A DNA stretch of 64,000 bases from an uncultured Methylomirabilota bacterium (GCA_963705305.1 OY970067.1:3328001-3392000); one strand, 5' to 3'; positions 29,011-39,597 are shown, numbered from the stretch's first letter. Numbers and translations are program-made. The notes: generated from the letters alone by a model not told the origin.

Positions 29011-29443
29011 GTGTGAGGCGGAGACCCCGGGCCGCTTCGGCCTCGGGATCCTGGGCCCCCCCGGGCGGCTGGCGGACCTGGAAGCCCCCGCATTCGCCTC
29101 CAGCCATTCCTTCACGCTGCTCCCCCTGACTCCCACGACCCGCGACATGCGGCAGGGCGCGATCCGCCCGCGCAGGGATGTCGCCCAGACCCTCCGATCC
29201 AGCCCTTCTCCGACGGACGATCCCCCGCAGACGTTCTGCTGACCACAGCCCGGACAGGCCGGCCTCCATCTCGTACATCGGCTCCTGCCAGGCACGACGG
29301 CTTGCCTAGGCCGGGCGCGGTGAGGCGTGCCCCGTGTGCTCCGGATGGTGTCGAGCCCAGAAGGGGAGTGCGGGGAGGATAGGAGGGGTCCCGGTGGCAT
29401 GAGTCGGAGACCCAAGATCCCAAGATCCACAGGAGGCCGTCGG

Positions 29444-29967
29444 ATGTCCAGTGCAGATGCCCAGCAGTCCGTCGCAGAGGAACCCCCCGCGGAGGGGTGC
29501 GTGCAGTGCCCGTTCCTCCAGACGCACCTCGTGCCGGGGTCGGCCCGCATCCTCCACACGTGCTGGGCGCCCCGCCTCCGGATGCTCCCTAGCCGTTACA
29601 CAAAGGTGTTGATAACGGTCGGCGTTTCGCTAGTAACGGCATGAATTGGTTGACCGAATCGGAACGCCTTGTCGGGGAAGAAATCTTCCTCGATGTCAGC
29701 TCAATCCGAAAAGGACGGAATGCGCTGTAACCACAGAGGAATCGCGCCTATTGACAAGCGAATCTTCAACACCTTTGTGTAGCGGGTAGGGATGCTCCCG
29801 ACCCTGGGGGAGTATCGGACCTACTGTACGAGGAGCGCTTCGCGACCTGTCCCTGGTTCCGGCAGGCCCACGCGAGCCTGAGGGAGACCGGCGGCCCTCC
29901 GCCGGCCGCGGCCCCACCCGCACCGCGGGCCCGGTGGCCGCTTGAAACGGAGCTCGGCGGTGGCTAG
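29444..29967 (+). pseudogene. Cys-rich small protein gene (CPF...CPWF family) interrupted by a MITE
   Basis: AGGAGG RBS; removing the MITE and one TSD gives CPFLQ...TCWAPRLRMLPTLGEYRTYCT then, after a 1-nt shift, ERFATCPWF. Confidence 0.6.
29589..29789. mobile_element. 201-bp MITE, copy 1
   Basis: TIRs CTAGCCGTTACACAAAGGTGTTGA / TCAACACCTTTGTGTAGCGGGTAG; 9-bp TSD GGATGCTCC. Confidence 0.9.
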
Positions 29968-29977
29968 GGAGGCACCC

Positions 29978-30310
29978 ATGGTCCAAAACCGCCGGATAAC
30001 TGCTCGGCGCGGACGGTCTGCCCCGGCCACGATCGTGGAGTACACGGATGACAAGCGACCGGTGAACGGCTACCCCGCCTACCTCATCTCGCCGTCCCGG
30101 CCCGGTCCGTGCTGTCACACCGACATGGAGGCCCTCGACCGGCCCCCGGCCGCACCCCGTGGGCATTCCACCTACGCGCGGTGCCGGACTTGCGGGTTCA
30201 CCGTGCGGGTATTTCCGCGGGGCTGCTCGCCGCCGCCCCGCTGACTCCTGCGGCAGCTCCGCCGGGAGCTCGCCCACATGTTTGAGCGGGTTCCGCCTGC
30301 ATACGACTGA
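29978..30310 (+). pseudogene. Frameshifted CC/CxxC zinc-ribbon paralog (2 of 3)
   Basis: IVEYTDDK...GPCC...RCRTCGFTVR; the conserved tail LRRELAHMFERVP is in another frame. Confidence 0.7.
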
Positions 30311-30806
30311 GAGGACCATGCGCCGCAGGTGGGCCCCCCGGGGACTCGAGCCAACGGCTCGGCCGGCCCTGGCGGAGGACCAGTGAGCCGACGCAAGGCC
30401 GAACCAGGGAACAACGTCGTGCCGTACCGTGCGGAGGTGAAGACCGGCTGGGCGACGGATCGCCGTGTCATCGGCGCGCCACGCCCCCAATAGTTCGGAG
30501 CTCCTCCGAGATTTCGGACGGCTCCCCGCGATGTCTCCGCTGAGATTGTGTTGTCACGGTACATCTAACTCCTTGAATTACTAGGACTGACGCCTCGTCT
30601 GGCCCACCAAGGAGCGGGATGGATCTGACCTTGCACGCTCCAGCACCAGGAAACTCCGCGGATCGGGAGGGGGTCCGGGGGAGAAAGAAGCGCACAAGGA
30701 CTGCGACAGTTCGGTAGTGGAAGGCCGGCAATTGAGACCCTCTGATGCGAGCGGCGACCGAACAGGCTTTTCGCCGCGTGATTCGCACGGGGAAGGAGGT
30801 AGGACA

Positions 30807-33563
30807 ATGGTCGAGGAACCCACACATGGCGAGCAGCCACGGCTGCTGGCAGGCAACGAGGGGCGAACCGTCCGGCGTGGCTGGCCGCTGCGACTCATCC
30901 TGGTGGCCGCGGTCGGCGCCATCATGCTCCTGATGGTTCTCTCCGGCGTCATCCAGACGGGGCTGTGGATGCGGCAGCTCGGCTACAGTGGGATCTTCTG
31001 GACCCTGCTGACCCTGCGCTGGGGGCTCTTCGGGGGGGCGTTCGTGGTCGTGCTGCTGTACCTCTGGCTCAATCTGCGCCTGGCGGCGCGCACCGGCGCC
31101 CCGGGGCGGGCGGGGCAGGAGCCCGGCGAGCCGATCATCGTGGCAGGACTCGGCGTCGCGATCTCCCCCCGGGTGGTGCGGTGGGCCACGGGCACGGCCG
31201 CGGCGGTGGCGGCCGCCCTCCTCTTTGGGCTCGTCTTCTACGCGCAGTGGGATACGGTCCTCCGCTTCCGGTACGGCGGCGCCTTCGGGCTGGCCGACCC
31301 GCTCTTCCGGGTCAACGTCGGATTTTATCTGTTCCGGCTCCCCTTCTACGAGCTCGTGCAGAGCAGCTTGGCCGCATTGGCGCTGATCACGTTCCTGGCC
31401 GTCCTGGTCTGCTACGCGTTCGTCGGGGGGCTGCGGCTCGGCCCCGGGGGCCAGGTGGAGGGCCGGAGCGCCACGGCCGTGTCCCATCTGGCCATCCTGC
31501 TCTTCGTCCTGGTCGCCAGCTGGGGGTGGGGGTTCTACCTGGACCACTACGAGCTCGTCTACTCCACGCAGGGTGTCGTGTACGGCGCCGGCTACACGGC
31601 GGACCACGTGACCCGGATCGCCTTCTGGGTGATGCTCGGCGCCTCGGCGGCCCTCTGCGCCCTGCTGGCGGTCGCGGTCGTCCGGCCACGGGTTCGACCG
31701 ATCGTGATCGCGTCGGGGGTCTACGTGGCGTTGTACATCCTCGGAATCATGCTCCTGCCGAACCTCTTCCAGCGATTCACGGTCCAGCCGAGCGAGCTGG
31801 CCCTCGAAACCCCGTACCTCGCGCACAACATCGAGTACACGCGCAAAGCCTACCGCCTCGACGCCATCCAGGAGACCTCCTACCCGGCCCTGCCGGACCT
31901 GACCGCCGACGTGATTGCGCGCAATGAGGACACCATCCAGAACATCCGGCTCTGGGACTGGCGTCCGCTGCTGCAGATGTACCAGCAGGCCCAGGAGATC
32001 CGGCTCTACTACCAGTTCTACCAGGTGGATGTGGACCGCTACCACCTGGCGGATGGGTACCACCAGGTGATGCTGTCCGCCCGCGAGCTGTCCGCGCAGC
32101 TCCCCGCCGAGGCCCAGACCTGGGTGAACCAGGAGCTGCAGTTCACCCACGGCTACGGCGTCGCCATGAGCTTCGTCTCGAAGGCGGTCGGGGGCGGCTT
32201 CCCGCAGTACCTCATCGAGAACATCCCTCCCGAGTCCGCCTACGGCCTCCCCATCACCCAGCCGTCCATCTACTACGGCAGGTCGATGCCGGGCTACCGG
32301 ATCGTCGCGACCGGGGTCAAGGAGCTCGACTACCCCAAGGGGAATCAGAACGTCTACACGAGTTACACCGGCACGGGCGGCATCCCGCTGGACCGCCTGT
32401 GGAAGCGGCTCCTGTTCGCCTGGACCCAATCCGACCCCAACATCCTGCTCACCTCGTATCTCCGGCCGGAGAGCCGGATTCAGCTCTGGCGGAACGTGTC
32501 CACCCGGGTGGCGCAGATCGCGCCGTTCCTGCAGCTCGACGGCGACCCGTACGCCGTGGTGAGCGAGGGCAAGCTGTACTGGATCCAGGATGCCTACACC
32601 GTCTCGGACCACTTCCCCTACGCCAGCCCCCACGCGGCGGGCTTCATGCAATCGCTGAACTACATCCGGAACTCCGTCAAGGTCGTGGTGGACATGTACG
32701 ACGGCACGGTCCGGTTCTACGTCATGGATCCGACCGACCCCGTGTTGGCCGTCTACCGGCGGGCGTTCCCGGGCGTGTTCCAGGACCTGAGTCAGCTGTC
32801 GGCGGACCTGCGGGCCCACCTGCGGTACCCGGAGGACCTCTTCGCCATCCAGGCCGACCTGTACCGGACCTTCCACATGACGGTGCCGCAGGTCTTCTAT
32901 AACCGGGAGGATCTCTGGGTGCCCCCCCAGGAGGAGTATGCGGGCAACACTCTCCCCATGCGGCCGTACTACATCCTGATGAAGCTCCCCGGCAGCGACC
33001 AGCTCGAGTACCTGCTCATGACCCCCTTCACGCCCCAGAACCGGGACAACATGATCGCCTGGATGGCCGTCCGGTGCGATGCGCCCGAGTACGGGAAGAT
33101 GCTGTTCTACCAGCTCCCCAAGGAGAAGCTGATCTACGGCCCGATGCAGATCGAGGCGATGATCGATCAGAACACCACGATCTCCGAGCAGCTGAGCCTC
33201 TGGGACCAGAAGGGGTCGCGGGTCATCCGCGGGAACCTCATCCCGGTGCCGATCGAGAACTCCTTCCTGTATGTGGTGCCGGTGTACCTCACGGCGGCCG
33301 GCACGAACTTCCCCCAGCTCAAGCGCGTCATCGTGATTGCGGGGGACAAGGTGGCGATGGAGCCGACCCTCGATGAGGCCGTCCAGGCCGTCTTCGGGAC
33401 CCAGCCCCCCGGGACGCCCGCGCAGGCGGTCCGCCCGCAGCCGGAATTGGGCCAGGCGCAGGCACAGTTCGAGGCGGCCCAGCAGGCCATGCAGCAGGGG
33501 AACTGGGCAAGCTTCGGCAAGGCGATGGAGGCGCTCAAGCACGTGCTGACCCCGGCCCACTAG
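30807..33563 (+). CDS. UPF0182-family membrane protein
   Basis: DPLF...FYLFRLPF, NIRLWD, VDVDRY, THGYG, NYIRNSVK, RYPEDLF; AAGGAGG RBS. Confidence 0.95.
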   Translation: MVEEPTHGEQPRLLAGNEGRTVRRGWPLRLILVAAVGAIMLLMVLSGVIQTGLWMRQLGYSGIFWTLLTLRWGLFGGAFVVVLLYLWLNLRLAARTGAPGRAGQEPGEPIIVAGLGVAISPRVVRWATGTAAAVAAALLFGLVFYAQWDTVLRFRYGGAFGLADPLFRVNVGFYLFRLPFYELVQSSLAALALITFLAVLVCYAFVGGLRLGPGGQVEGRSATAVSHLAILLFVLVASWGWGFYLDHYELVYSTQGVVYGAGYTADHVTRIAFWVMLGASAALCALLAVAVVRPRVRPIVIASGVYVALYILGIMLLPNLFQRFTVQPSELALETPYLAHNIEYTRKAYRLDAIQETSYPALPDLTADVIARNEDTIQNIRLWDWRPLLQMYQQAQEIRLYYQFYQVDVDRYHLADGYHQVMLSARELSAQLPAEAQTWVNQELQFTHGYGVAMSFVSKAVGGGFPQYLIENIPPESAYGLPITQPSIYYGRSMPGYRIVATGVKELDYPKGNQNVYTSYTGTGGIPLDRLWKRLLFAWTQSDPNILLTSYLRPESRIQLWRNVSTRVAQIAPFLQLDGDPYAVVSEGKLYWIQDAYTVSDHFPYASPHAAGFMQSLNYIRNSVKVVVDMYDGTVRFYVMDPTDPVLAVYRRAFPGVFQDLSQLSADLRAHLRYPEDLFAIQADLYRTFHMTVPQVFYNREDLWVPPQEEYAGNTLPMRPYYILMKLPGSDQLEYLLMTPFTPQNRDNMIAWMAVRCDAPEYGKMLFYQLPKEKLIYGPMQIEAMIDQNTTISEQLSLWDQKGSRVIRGNLIPVPIENSFLYVVPVYLTAAGTNFPQLKRVIVIAGDKVAMEPTLDEAVQAVFGTQPPGTPAQAVRPQPELGQAQAQFEAAQQAMQQGNWASFGKAMEALKHVLTPAH

Positions 33564-33872
33564 GGACCCCCACGGGGGAATCTTCCAGCAGGGGATCCGA
33601 GGTGGCGGGGCCGCGTGAAGTGGCGAAGGAGGGGGGTGCGGACCCGAGAACTCCTGCAAGACGCGAAGAAACTCCTGGAGCGTGAACAGGTGGGGGCTGG
33701 CCGGACGCAGCTGCACAACCGGCAGCACCTCGGCAGCAAGAGGAGGGCCGGCGCGCGGGAAGAAATCCCGTCCCCCGCAGCAGGGGGCGCAGAGGTGGTC
33801 TGACCGCTGCGGCGCTACACGGGGTCGTCCACTGCGAGGGTCGGGCAACTGCTCCCAGTGCAGGCTTGTCAG

Positions 33873-34073
33873 CTAGCCGTTACACAAAGGTGTTGATAAC
33901 GGTCGGCGTTTCGCTAGTAACAGCATGAATTGGTTGACCGAATCGGAACGCCTTGTCGGGGAGGAAATCTTCCTCGATGCCAGCCCAATCCGAAAAGGAC
34001 GGAATGCGCTGTAACCACGGGGGAATCGCGCCTATTGACAAACGAATCTTCAACACCTTTGTGTAGCGGGTAG
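33873..34073. mobile_element. 201-bp MITE, copy 2
   Basis: Same TIRs and near-identical interior as copy 1; its own 9-bp TSD GCTTGTCAG. Confidence 0.9.
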
Positions 34074-34156
34074 GCTTGTCAGAGGCTGGGGGGTGAGGCG
34101 GGCGAGGAAAAGGCGACCGCCACCTGCCGGCCGCGCTCCCGGGACGGAGGGATGTC

Positions 34157-34465
34157 ATGCCGAGTGCAGAGCGAAAACCGAGGAGCGCAGGGAAGAAGAC
34201 CCTGACCCGCCCCGGATCGCGCCGGACACCTGCCATTGCCAAGACGCCGATCATTCACCCTGAGGCAAACAGCCGTGCCCCGGATGCTCATCCCAACGCG
34301 ACTGCCGCAGGGCCCCCGCTCTCCCACGCGGAAATTGCCACCCGCGCCTATGCCCTTTTCCTGGCCCGCGGCGGCCAGCACGGGGATGCTTTGGGGGACT
34401 GGTTCCGGGCCGAGGCGGCATTGCGGGAAGAGCGGAATCCGCCAGGGAGGCCCACCGAGGGATAG
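34157..34465 (+). CDS. DUF2934 domain protein
   Basis: IATRAYALFLARGGQHGDALGDWFRAEAAL. Confidence 0.85.
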   Translation: MPSAERKPRSAGKKTLTRPGSRRTPAIAKTPIIHPEANSRAPDAHPNATAAGPPLSHAEIATRAYALFLARGGQHGDALGDWFRAEAALREERNPPGRPTEG

Positions 34466-34837
34466 GTGGGGCCATGTCCCCGGATAATCTGTTACCCATG
34501 TTTCGGGTTGCACACCATCGAGACCGAAGAGCACGGAGGCAGGGAGGCACGGGGAGGGCGCGTGGCCGCCACCACCCGAGGGGCCCGTTCAGCCCGTCCC
34601 GCAATCCGGTCTCATGATCCATCCGCTCAGGTTGGACAACAGGGAAGACCTCCGAGGGGTGGTGTTGCGTGCCGGGTGTCCTCCGGCGGCGTGATGTTGG
34701 GGGCTGTGGGCCTGGAGGAGGGACCAGGAACCGTTGCGCTGCTCCGGTCCTTCCTTCCCATTATCGGCTGGCGGGTTGCGGAAGCTAAAGGCCGTATGAT
34801 CCCGAGATCGAGACACAACCATGAAGGAGGAGATCCA

Positions 34838-35413
34838 ATGCGCAAGCGCTCACAGATGCGGATAGCTTGGGAGGTAGGGCTCCTGGTCGGCTGCCTGCTC
34901 CTCTTCGGCTGTCCCAAGAAGCCGGAGGTCGCGCAGGCGCCGCCTTCTCCCCCGGGCCCGGCGGCGGCAGTCGTCCAGGAACAGGTGCAAGAGACGGTGG
35001 TGCAGCCGGTGCCGGCCCCCGCGCCGCCAGCCGCCGTACAAGAGACCGTCAAGGAAGAGGTCCAGGTCGTCCAAACGATCACGCTGCAGGACGTCTTCTT
35101 CGACTTCGACACGGCGGCCATTCGGGAGGACCAGAAGGCCGCCCTCGACGCGAACGGGAGCGTCTTGAAGGCGAACCCCACCCTGAAGGTCCTGATCGAG
35201 GGCCACTGTGATGAGCGGGGCACGGCCGAGTACAACCTCGGCCTCGGCGAGCGGCGGGCCACGGCCGTGCGGGACTACCTCGTGGCCGCGGGGATTCCTG
35301 CAGAGCAAATCGCTACCATCAGCTACGGCAAGGAGCGCCCCTTCGTCCTCGGGCATGACGAAACCGCTTGGCAGTGGAACCGCCGGGGCCACGTGGTGCT
35401 CCAGGGGCCATAG
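34838..35413 (+). CDS. pal: Peptidoglycan-associated lipoprotein (OmpA domain)
   Basis: Lipobox LFGC; FFDFD, IEGHCDERGTAEYNLGLGERRA, SYGKERP, NRR. Confidence 0.92.
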   Translation: MRKRSQMRIAWEVGLLVGCLLLFGCPKKPEVAQAPPSPPGPAAAVVQEQVQETVVQPVPAPAPPAAVQETVKEEVQVVQTITLQDVFFDFDTAAIREDQKAALDANGSVLKANPTLKVLIEGHCDERGTAEYNLGLGERRATAVRDYLVAAGIPAEQIATISYGKERPFVLGHDETAWQWNRRGHVVLQGP

Positions 35414-35577
35414 CCCCTCCTGGGGAGGGCAAGCAGGGAAGTTCCCGACGGGATGGAGGGGGAAGCGACCGGCGCGGGCGACCTCGGGCGCGCAGCCCGC
35501 GCCACGGAGGGTGCCGCGCCCACGGCTGTGACCCACGAAAAGAATGGGAGGGCTTGGTGATGGAGGAGGGAACGACG

Positions 35578-36126
35578 ATGCGGAAGCATTTGTATGTGGG
35601 GCTGTGCCTGCTGATGCTTGCTTCGCTGATGGGGGCTGCGGCGGACGGCGTGCGCGCGCTCAAAGGGACGGTGAAGAAGGTGGAGGCCGGGTCCAAGACC
35701 CTCATCGTCGAGACCGCAGATGGGACCGAGCACGCGCTGCATTTCCTGCGCAGCACGGCCGTCCACGGCCTGAAGAGCACGACGGAGGGAGCCCGCGCGA
35801 CCGTCCAGGACCTGACGGAGGGCAGCGACGTGGTGGTGCACTACACGCGGCGGGGGGCGGAGGAGATCGCCGTCGAGGTGGACAATGTGGGCACGGACGG
35901 CCTGAAGCGGGCGGAGGGGACGGTTGCCCGGATCGATCGGGTCGGCAAGAGGCTCATCGTCAAGACGGCGGAGGGCACCGAAGAGACCTACCGGCTCGCT
36001 GCCCACGCAGCGCAGGACGTGGGACAGACCGTCGTTAGGGGAGCCGAACAGTCGGGCAAGGTGGTGGTCTACTACGCGGACGAAGGCGGGCGGAAGGTCG
36101 CCTACTTCTTCGAGAAAGCGTTCTAG
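35578..36126 (+). CDS. Exported protein with two OB-fold-like repeats
   Basis: Signal peptide; repeated GTV..V/ID...K.LIV.TA.GTE...VVV.Y. Confidence 0.75.
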   Translation: MRKHLYVGLCLLMLASLMGAAADGVRALKGTVKKVEAGSKTLIVETADGTEHALHFLRSTAVHGLKSTTEGARATVQDLTEGSDVVVHYTRRGAEEIAVEVDNVGTDGLKRAEGTVARIDRVGKRLIVKTAEGTEETYRLAAHAAQDVGQTVVRGAEQSGKVVVYYADEGGRKVAYFFEKAF

Positions 36127-36469
36127 CGGACCCCCGGAGTCTTGGACGTGCCCGCCGACACAGGGGGTCCCGCTCCGGCGTCCCAGCCGGGGGCTGGAGG
36201 ACCGCGAACGCCGAGGAGAACGACGAAATTCATGCGCAAGAGATGGCTGAACGGCTCCGCGGGCACCCGCAACCCCTGTGCCCGCAATGTCGCGGGGACG
36301 ACGTCGAGCGGCTGTCCCCGGTGCCGGGCTGCTGTAGGCTTTTCCAGTTGCCAGGGGAGGGTATGATCCCGAGTCTCGAGAAGGACCGGGAGGAATGCAC
36401 GACCCCAGCGCACGGCGGGCCGATATCTGGCGGCCTCCCGGAGACCACACCAGACAGGAGGAGTCCCCA

Positions 36470-37396
36470 GTGAAAAAGTGGCTGGTCATCATGCTGGTGG
36501 CTCTGGTCAGTCTCGGTCTCGGGACGAAGGGCTTCGCGCAGGAGCGTAGCGGGGCGGCGAGCGGCGTCGTGGGGAGCCATCCCGCAGACGGTCCGCGGGT
36601 GAATGCCTTTCTGGTGGACAAGATCATCGGCTCCAAGGTGATGAATCTGCACGGGGAGACGCTGGGAACGATTGAGGATTTGGTCGTCGATGTCGATTCG
36701 GGAAGAATCCTGTACGCGATCCTGGACTTCGGGGGGTTTCTGGGCATCGGGACGAAGCTCTTCCCCGTCCCGTGGGATTCCCTGGCGGCGCTGCCCGTCG
36801 AAGGGACCTTCTTCCTCAATAAAACCAAAGAGCAGCTGGAACACGCCCCGGCGTTCGACCGGAAGAACGTGCCCGACCTGGCGGATACGCAGTGGGGAGC
36901 CAGCATTTTCAAGTACTATGGTGTCCCCTCCCAGTACGCCCAATGGGGGCTCCCCGGTTACGGGTATGGTCATGGGGAGTATCGCGGGTCTGGCTACCCC
37001 ATCCCTCCCGGTTCGGGGATAAATCCCGCCACACGGACAGAAGACCCCTACAAAACATTCTTTGACGCGAAAACACTAAAGACCATCTCCGGCCGGGTCA
37101 TCAAAATAGATGAAGTGCCCAAATACGGATTCGGGTTGCAACTGCGATTGACGGTGCTGACCGACACAAAGGAATTCCTGCCGGTGTACCTGGGCCCTAC
37201 CTTCTACATCGAAGGGCCGTGGCAGGCGCACCATTTTCAGTTGGGCGATACGGTCACCGTGACCGGCTCGCAGGTCACCGTGCGGGGAGAGCCGCTCATG
37301 ATTGCTATGACGGTGACGCGAGGCAAGGAAGTCTTGCGATTGAGAGACAAGGAGGGGACTCCAGAATGGATCGGATGGAAAGCCACGGGTGAGTGA
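36470..37396 (+). CDS. Exported PRC-barrel protein with a C-terminal MamS/MamX-like OB domain
   Basis: IIGSKVMN..GETLGTIEDLVVD...FGGFLGIG..LFPVPW; VYLGPTFY...GDTVTVTGS...LRDKEGTPEW. Confidence 0.85.
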   Translation: MKKWLVIMLVALVSLGLGTKGFAQERSGAASGVVGSHPADGPRVNAFLVDKIIGSKVMNLHGETLGTIEDLVVDVDSGRILYAILDFGGFLGIGTKLFPVPWDSLAALPVEGTFFLNKTKEQLEHAPAFDRKNVPDLADTQWGASIFKYYGVPSQYAQWGLPGYGYGHGEYRGSGYPIPPGSGINPATRTEDPYKTFFDAKTLKTISGRVIKIDEVPKYGFGLQLRLTVLTDTKEFLPVYLGPTFYIEGPWQAHHFQLGDTVTVTGSQVTVRGEPLMIAMTVTRGKEVLRLRDKEGTPEWIGWKATGE

Positions 37397-37609
37397 TCGC
37401 CCGGAGTCCGATCGATGCGCTGGGGACATGCTTCGACCCCTCGGGTCGTGCGGCCGGGACCCGGGTCGACAGGCCGGAACAGGGGGCAGATGATCCACCA
37501 GATCGGGCTCAGGGAGAACGGGGCCCCCCCCGGAGCAGCATCACCGGTAATCGAGCGTCGAAGCAAGCTCCCAGCGGGGGCACGAGGAGAACCCTCGGAG
37601 GAGTGGCGT

Positions 37610-37888
37610 ATGGCAAGTATCGTGGAATACACCGACAAGAAGCCACCCGAGAACGGCTACCCCCGGTACATCGTTTCTCCCCCACGCTCGGGGTCCTGCT
37701 GCTTCTCCGAGATGGAGGAGCTCGGCGAGTGCCTGCGCGAGGGGGAATGGGAATACGTGTACAAGCGGTGCCGGACATGCGGCTTCGCCGTACGGCTGAT
37801 CGGGCGGGCGGTGCCAGACGAGGCGCTCCTCACGGGGCTGCGGAAGATCCTGAAGGTCGCGTTCCAGCGGAACGTCCCGGTCTTCTGA
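37610..37888 (+). CDS. Hypothetical CC/CxxC zinc-ribbon-like protein (paralog 3 of 3)
   Basis: GGAGG RBS; IVEYTD...SGSCC...YKRCRTCGFAVR...RNVP. Confidence 0.8.
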   Translation: MASIVEYTDKKPPENGYPRYIVSPPRSGSCCFSEMEELGECLREGEWEYVYKRCRTCGFAVRLIGRAVPDEALLTGLRKILKVAFQRNVPVF

Positions 37889-38133
37889 GCGGCCATGAGA
37901 TGCAGCCGGGGGTTTCAGTGCTCCGGCTGCCAGGCCGATGTGTTGGCGACGCCGGGGTCGGTTGGGTTCTGCATCGCCCTGCCGTTCTCCGGAGAATGGG
38001 CGGCCGAAACCGGCAAGGAGGAATCCGCCCCCGCTCCGGTCGAGCAGGAGGGTGTTCGCGCGGCTGGGCGGAATAGGCTGTGAACCGCGACGGCCGGCTG
38101 GCCGAGCCGGGCCGGCAGCAAGGAGGTTAGCCC

Positions 38134-39597
38134 ATGGGACACCCCATGCGCGTCAAGCGATGGCTGGTCGTCGCACTGATCCTGGTCGGGGGGGCCGCAG
38201 CGCTCGCGGGTGCCCTCCCGCGCGCGCAGGCCGCCGACCCGCCCCTCTGGACCGAGGGGACCCAGCCGGCGCCGGCCTACACCACTCCCTGGCCCGGCGT
38301 CGCCAAAGCGGACCTCGGGGCGGTGGTCAACATCAGCACGACCCAGATCGTGAAGAATCCCATGGCCGCCGAGGAGGGCGAGAATCCGCAGGACCCGTTC
38401 CAGCAGTTCTTCCACCAGTTCTTCGGGAATCTTCCGAAGACGTCGCAGGTCCACAGCCTCGGCTCGGGCTTCCTCCTCCGGGCGGACGGCTACATTGCCA
38501 CCAACAACCACGTCGTGGCCAACGCCACGGACGTGCAGGTGAAGCTCGCGGACGGGCGGGAGTTTCCGGCCACCGTGGTGGGCCGCGACGAGCAGACCGA
38601 CCTCGCGCTCGTGAAGATCGAAGCCACCGGCCTCCCCGTGCTCCGCCTCGGGGACTCCGACCAGCTGCACATCGGCGATCCCGTGATGGCCATCGGCAAC
38701 CCCTTCGGGCTGCAGGGGACCGTCACCACCGGCATCGTCTCGGCCACCGGCCGGGTCATCGGCGAGGGCCCCTATGACAACTTCATCCAGACGGACGCCT
38801 CGATCAACCCCGGGAACTCCGGGGGGCCGCTGGTCAACGCGGCCGGGGAGGTGGTGGGGATCAACACGGCCATCGTCTCCCAGTCGGGGGGCTCGGTGGG
38901 CATCGGCTTCGCCATCCCCATCAATGAGGCCAAGACGATCCTCCCGCAGCTCCAGGCCACCGGCCACGTAACGCGCGGCTGGCTGGGGGTGGGCATCCAG
39001 ACCGTGACCCCCGCGCTGGCCACGGCCCTGCACCTGCCGAAGGACGCGGGGGCGCTGGTGGCGGAGGTCCAGCCGAACTCCCCCGCCGCCCAGGCGGGGC
39101 TCCAGCCGGGGGACGTCATCGTCGAGTACGCGGGCCATGCCGTGGCGCAGAGCACGGACCTGCCACGCCTGGTCGCCGCCACCCCGATCGGACAGACCGC
39201 CCGCATCACGGTCCTGCGGGAGGGCCGGTCGCTGACGCTGACCGCCACGATTGCGGAGCGCCCGGGGGCCCCGGAGGAGGCCCAGGCGGCGCCGGCACAC
39301 GAAGCGCTGGGGATCAGCGTGCAGCCCCTCACCCCGGCCCTGGCCCAGCAACTGGGCGTGCCGGACCGGGCGGGCCTCGTGGTGACCGATGTGAAGGACG
39401 GCGGGCCGGCCGCCGAGGCCGGCATCCAGGCCGGGGACGTCATCATCCAGGCCGACCGGCACTCGGCGGCCACGGTGGCCGACCTCCGGAAGGTTGTGGC
39501 GGAACACCCGGCAGGCCAGCCCCTGCTCCTCTTGATCCGGCGGAAGGACGCGAGCCTATTTATCGCCGTCCCCCTGGGGGGCGGCCCGCCGGGGTAG
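38134..39597 (+). CDS. HtrA/DegP-family serine protease with two PDZ domains
   Basis: TNNHV, DLALVK, INPGNSGGPL. Confidence 0.95.
   Translation: MGHPMRVKRWLVVALILVGGAAALAGALPRAQAADPPLWTEGTQPAPAYTTPWPGVAKADLGAVVNISTTQIVKNPMAAEEGENPQDPFQQFFHQFFGNLPKTSQVHSLGSGFLLRADGYIATNNHVVANATDVQVKLADGREFPATVVGRDEQTDLALVKIEATGLPVLRLGDSDQLHIGDPVMAIGNPFGLQGTVTTGIVSATGRVIGEGPYDNFIQTDASINPGNSGGPLVNAAGEVVGINTAIVSQSGGSVGIGFAIPINEAKTILPQLQATGHVTRGWLGVGIQTVTPALATALHLPKDAGALVAEVQPNSPAAQAGLQPGDVIVEYAGHAVAQSTDLPRLVAATPIGQTARITVLREGRSLTLTATIAERPGAPEEAQAAPAHEALGISVQPLTPALAQQLGVPDRAGLVVTDVKDGGPAAEAGIQAGDVIIQADRHSAATVADLRKVVAEHPAGQPLLLLIRRKDASLFIAVPLGGGPPG

Noticed and set aside
29589..34073. Composite transposon carrying UPF0182 between two MITEs
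   Set aside because: Each MITE has its own distinct 9-bp TSD, so they inserted independently
37895..38083. 62-aa Cys-containing ORF
   Set aside because: No RBS or recognisable motif; cannot be supported
36470..39597. Magnetosome island (MamS-like domain next to HtrA as MamE)
   Set aside because: The HtrA has no magnetochrome CxxCH motifs and there are no other mam genes
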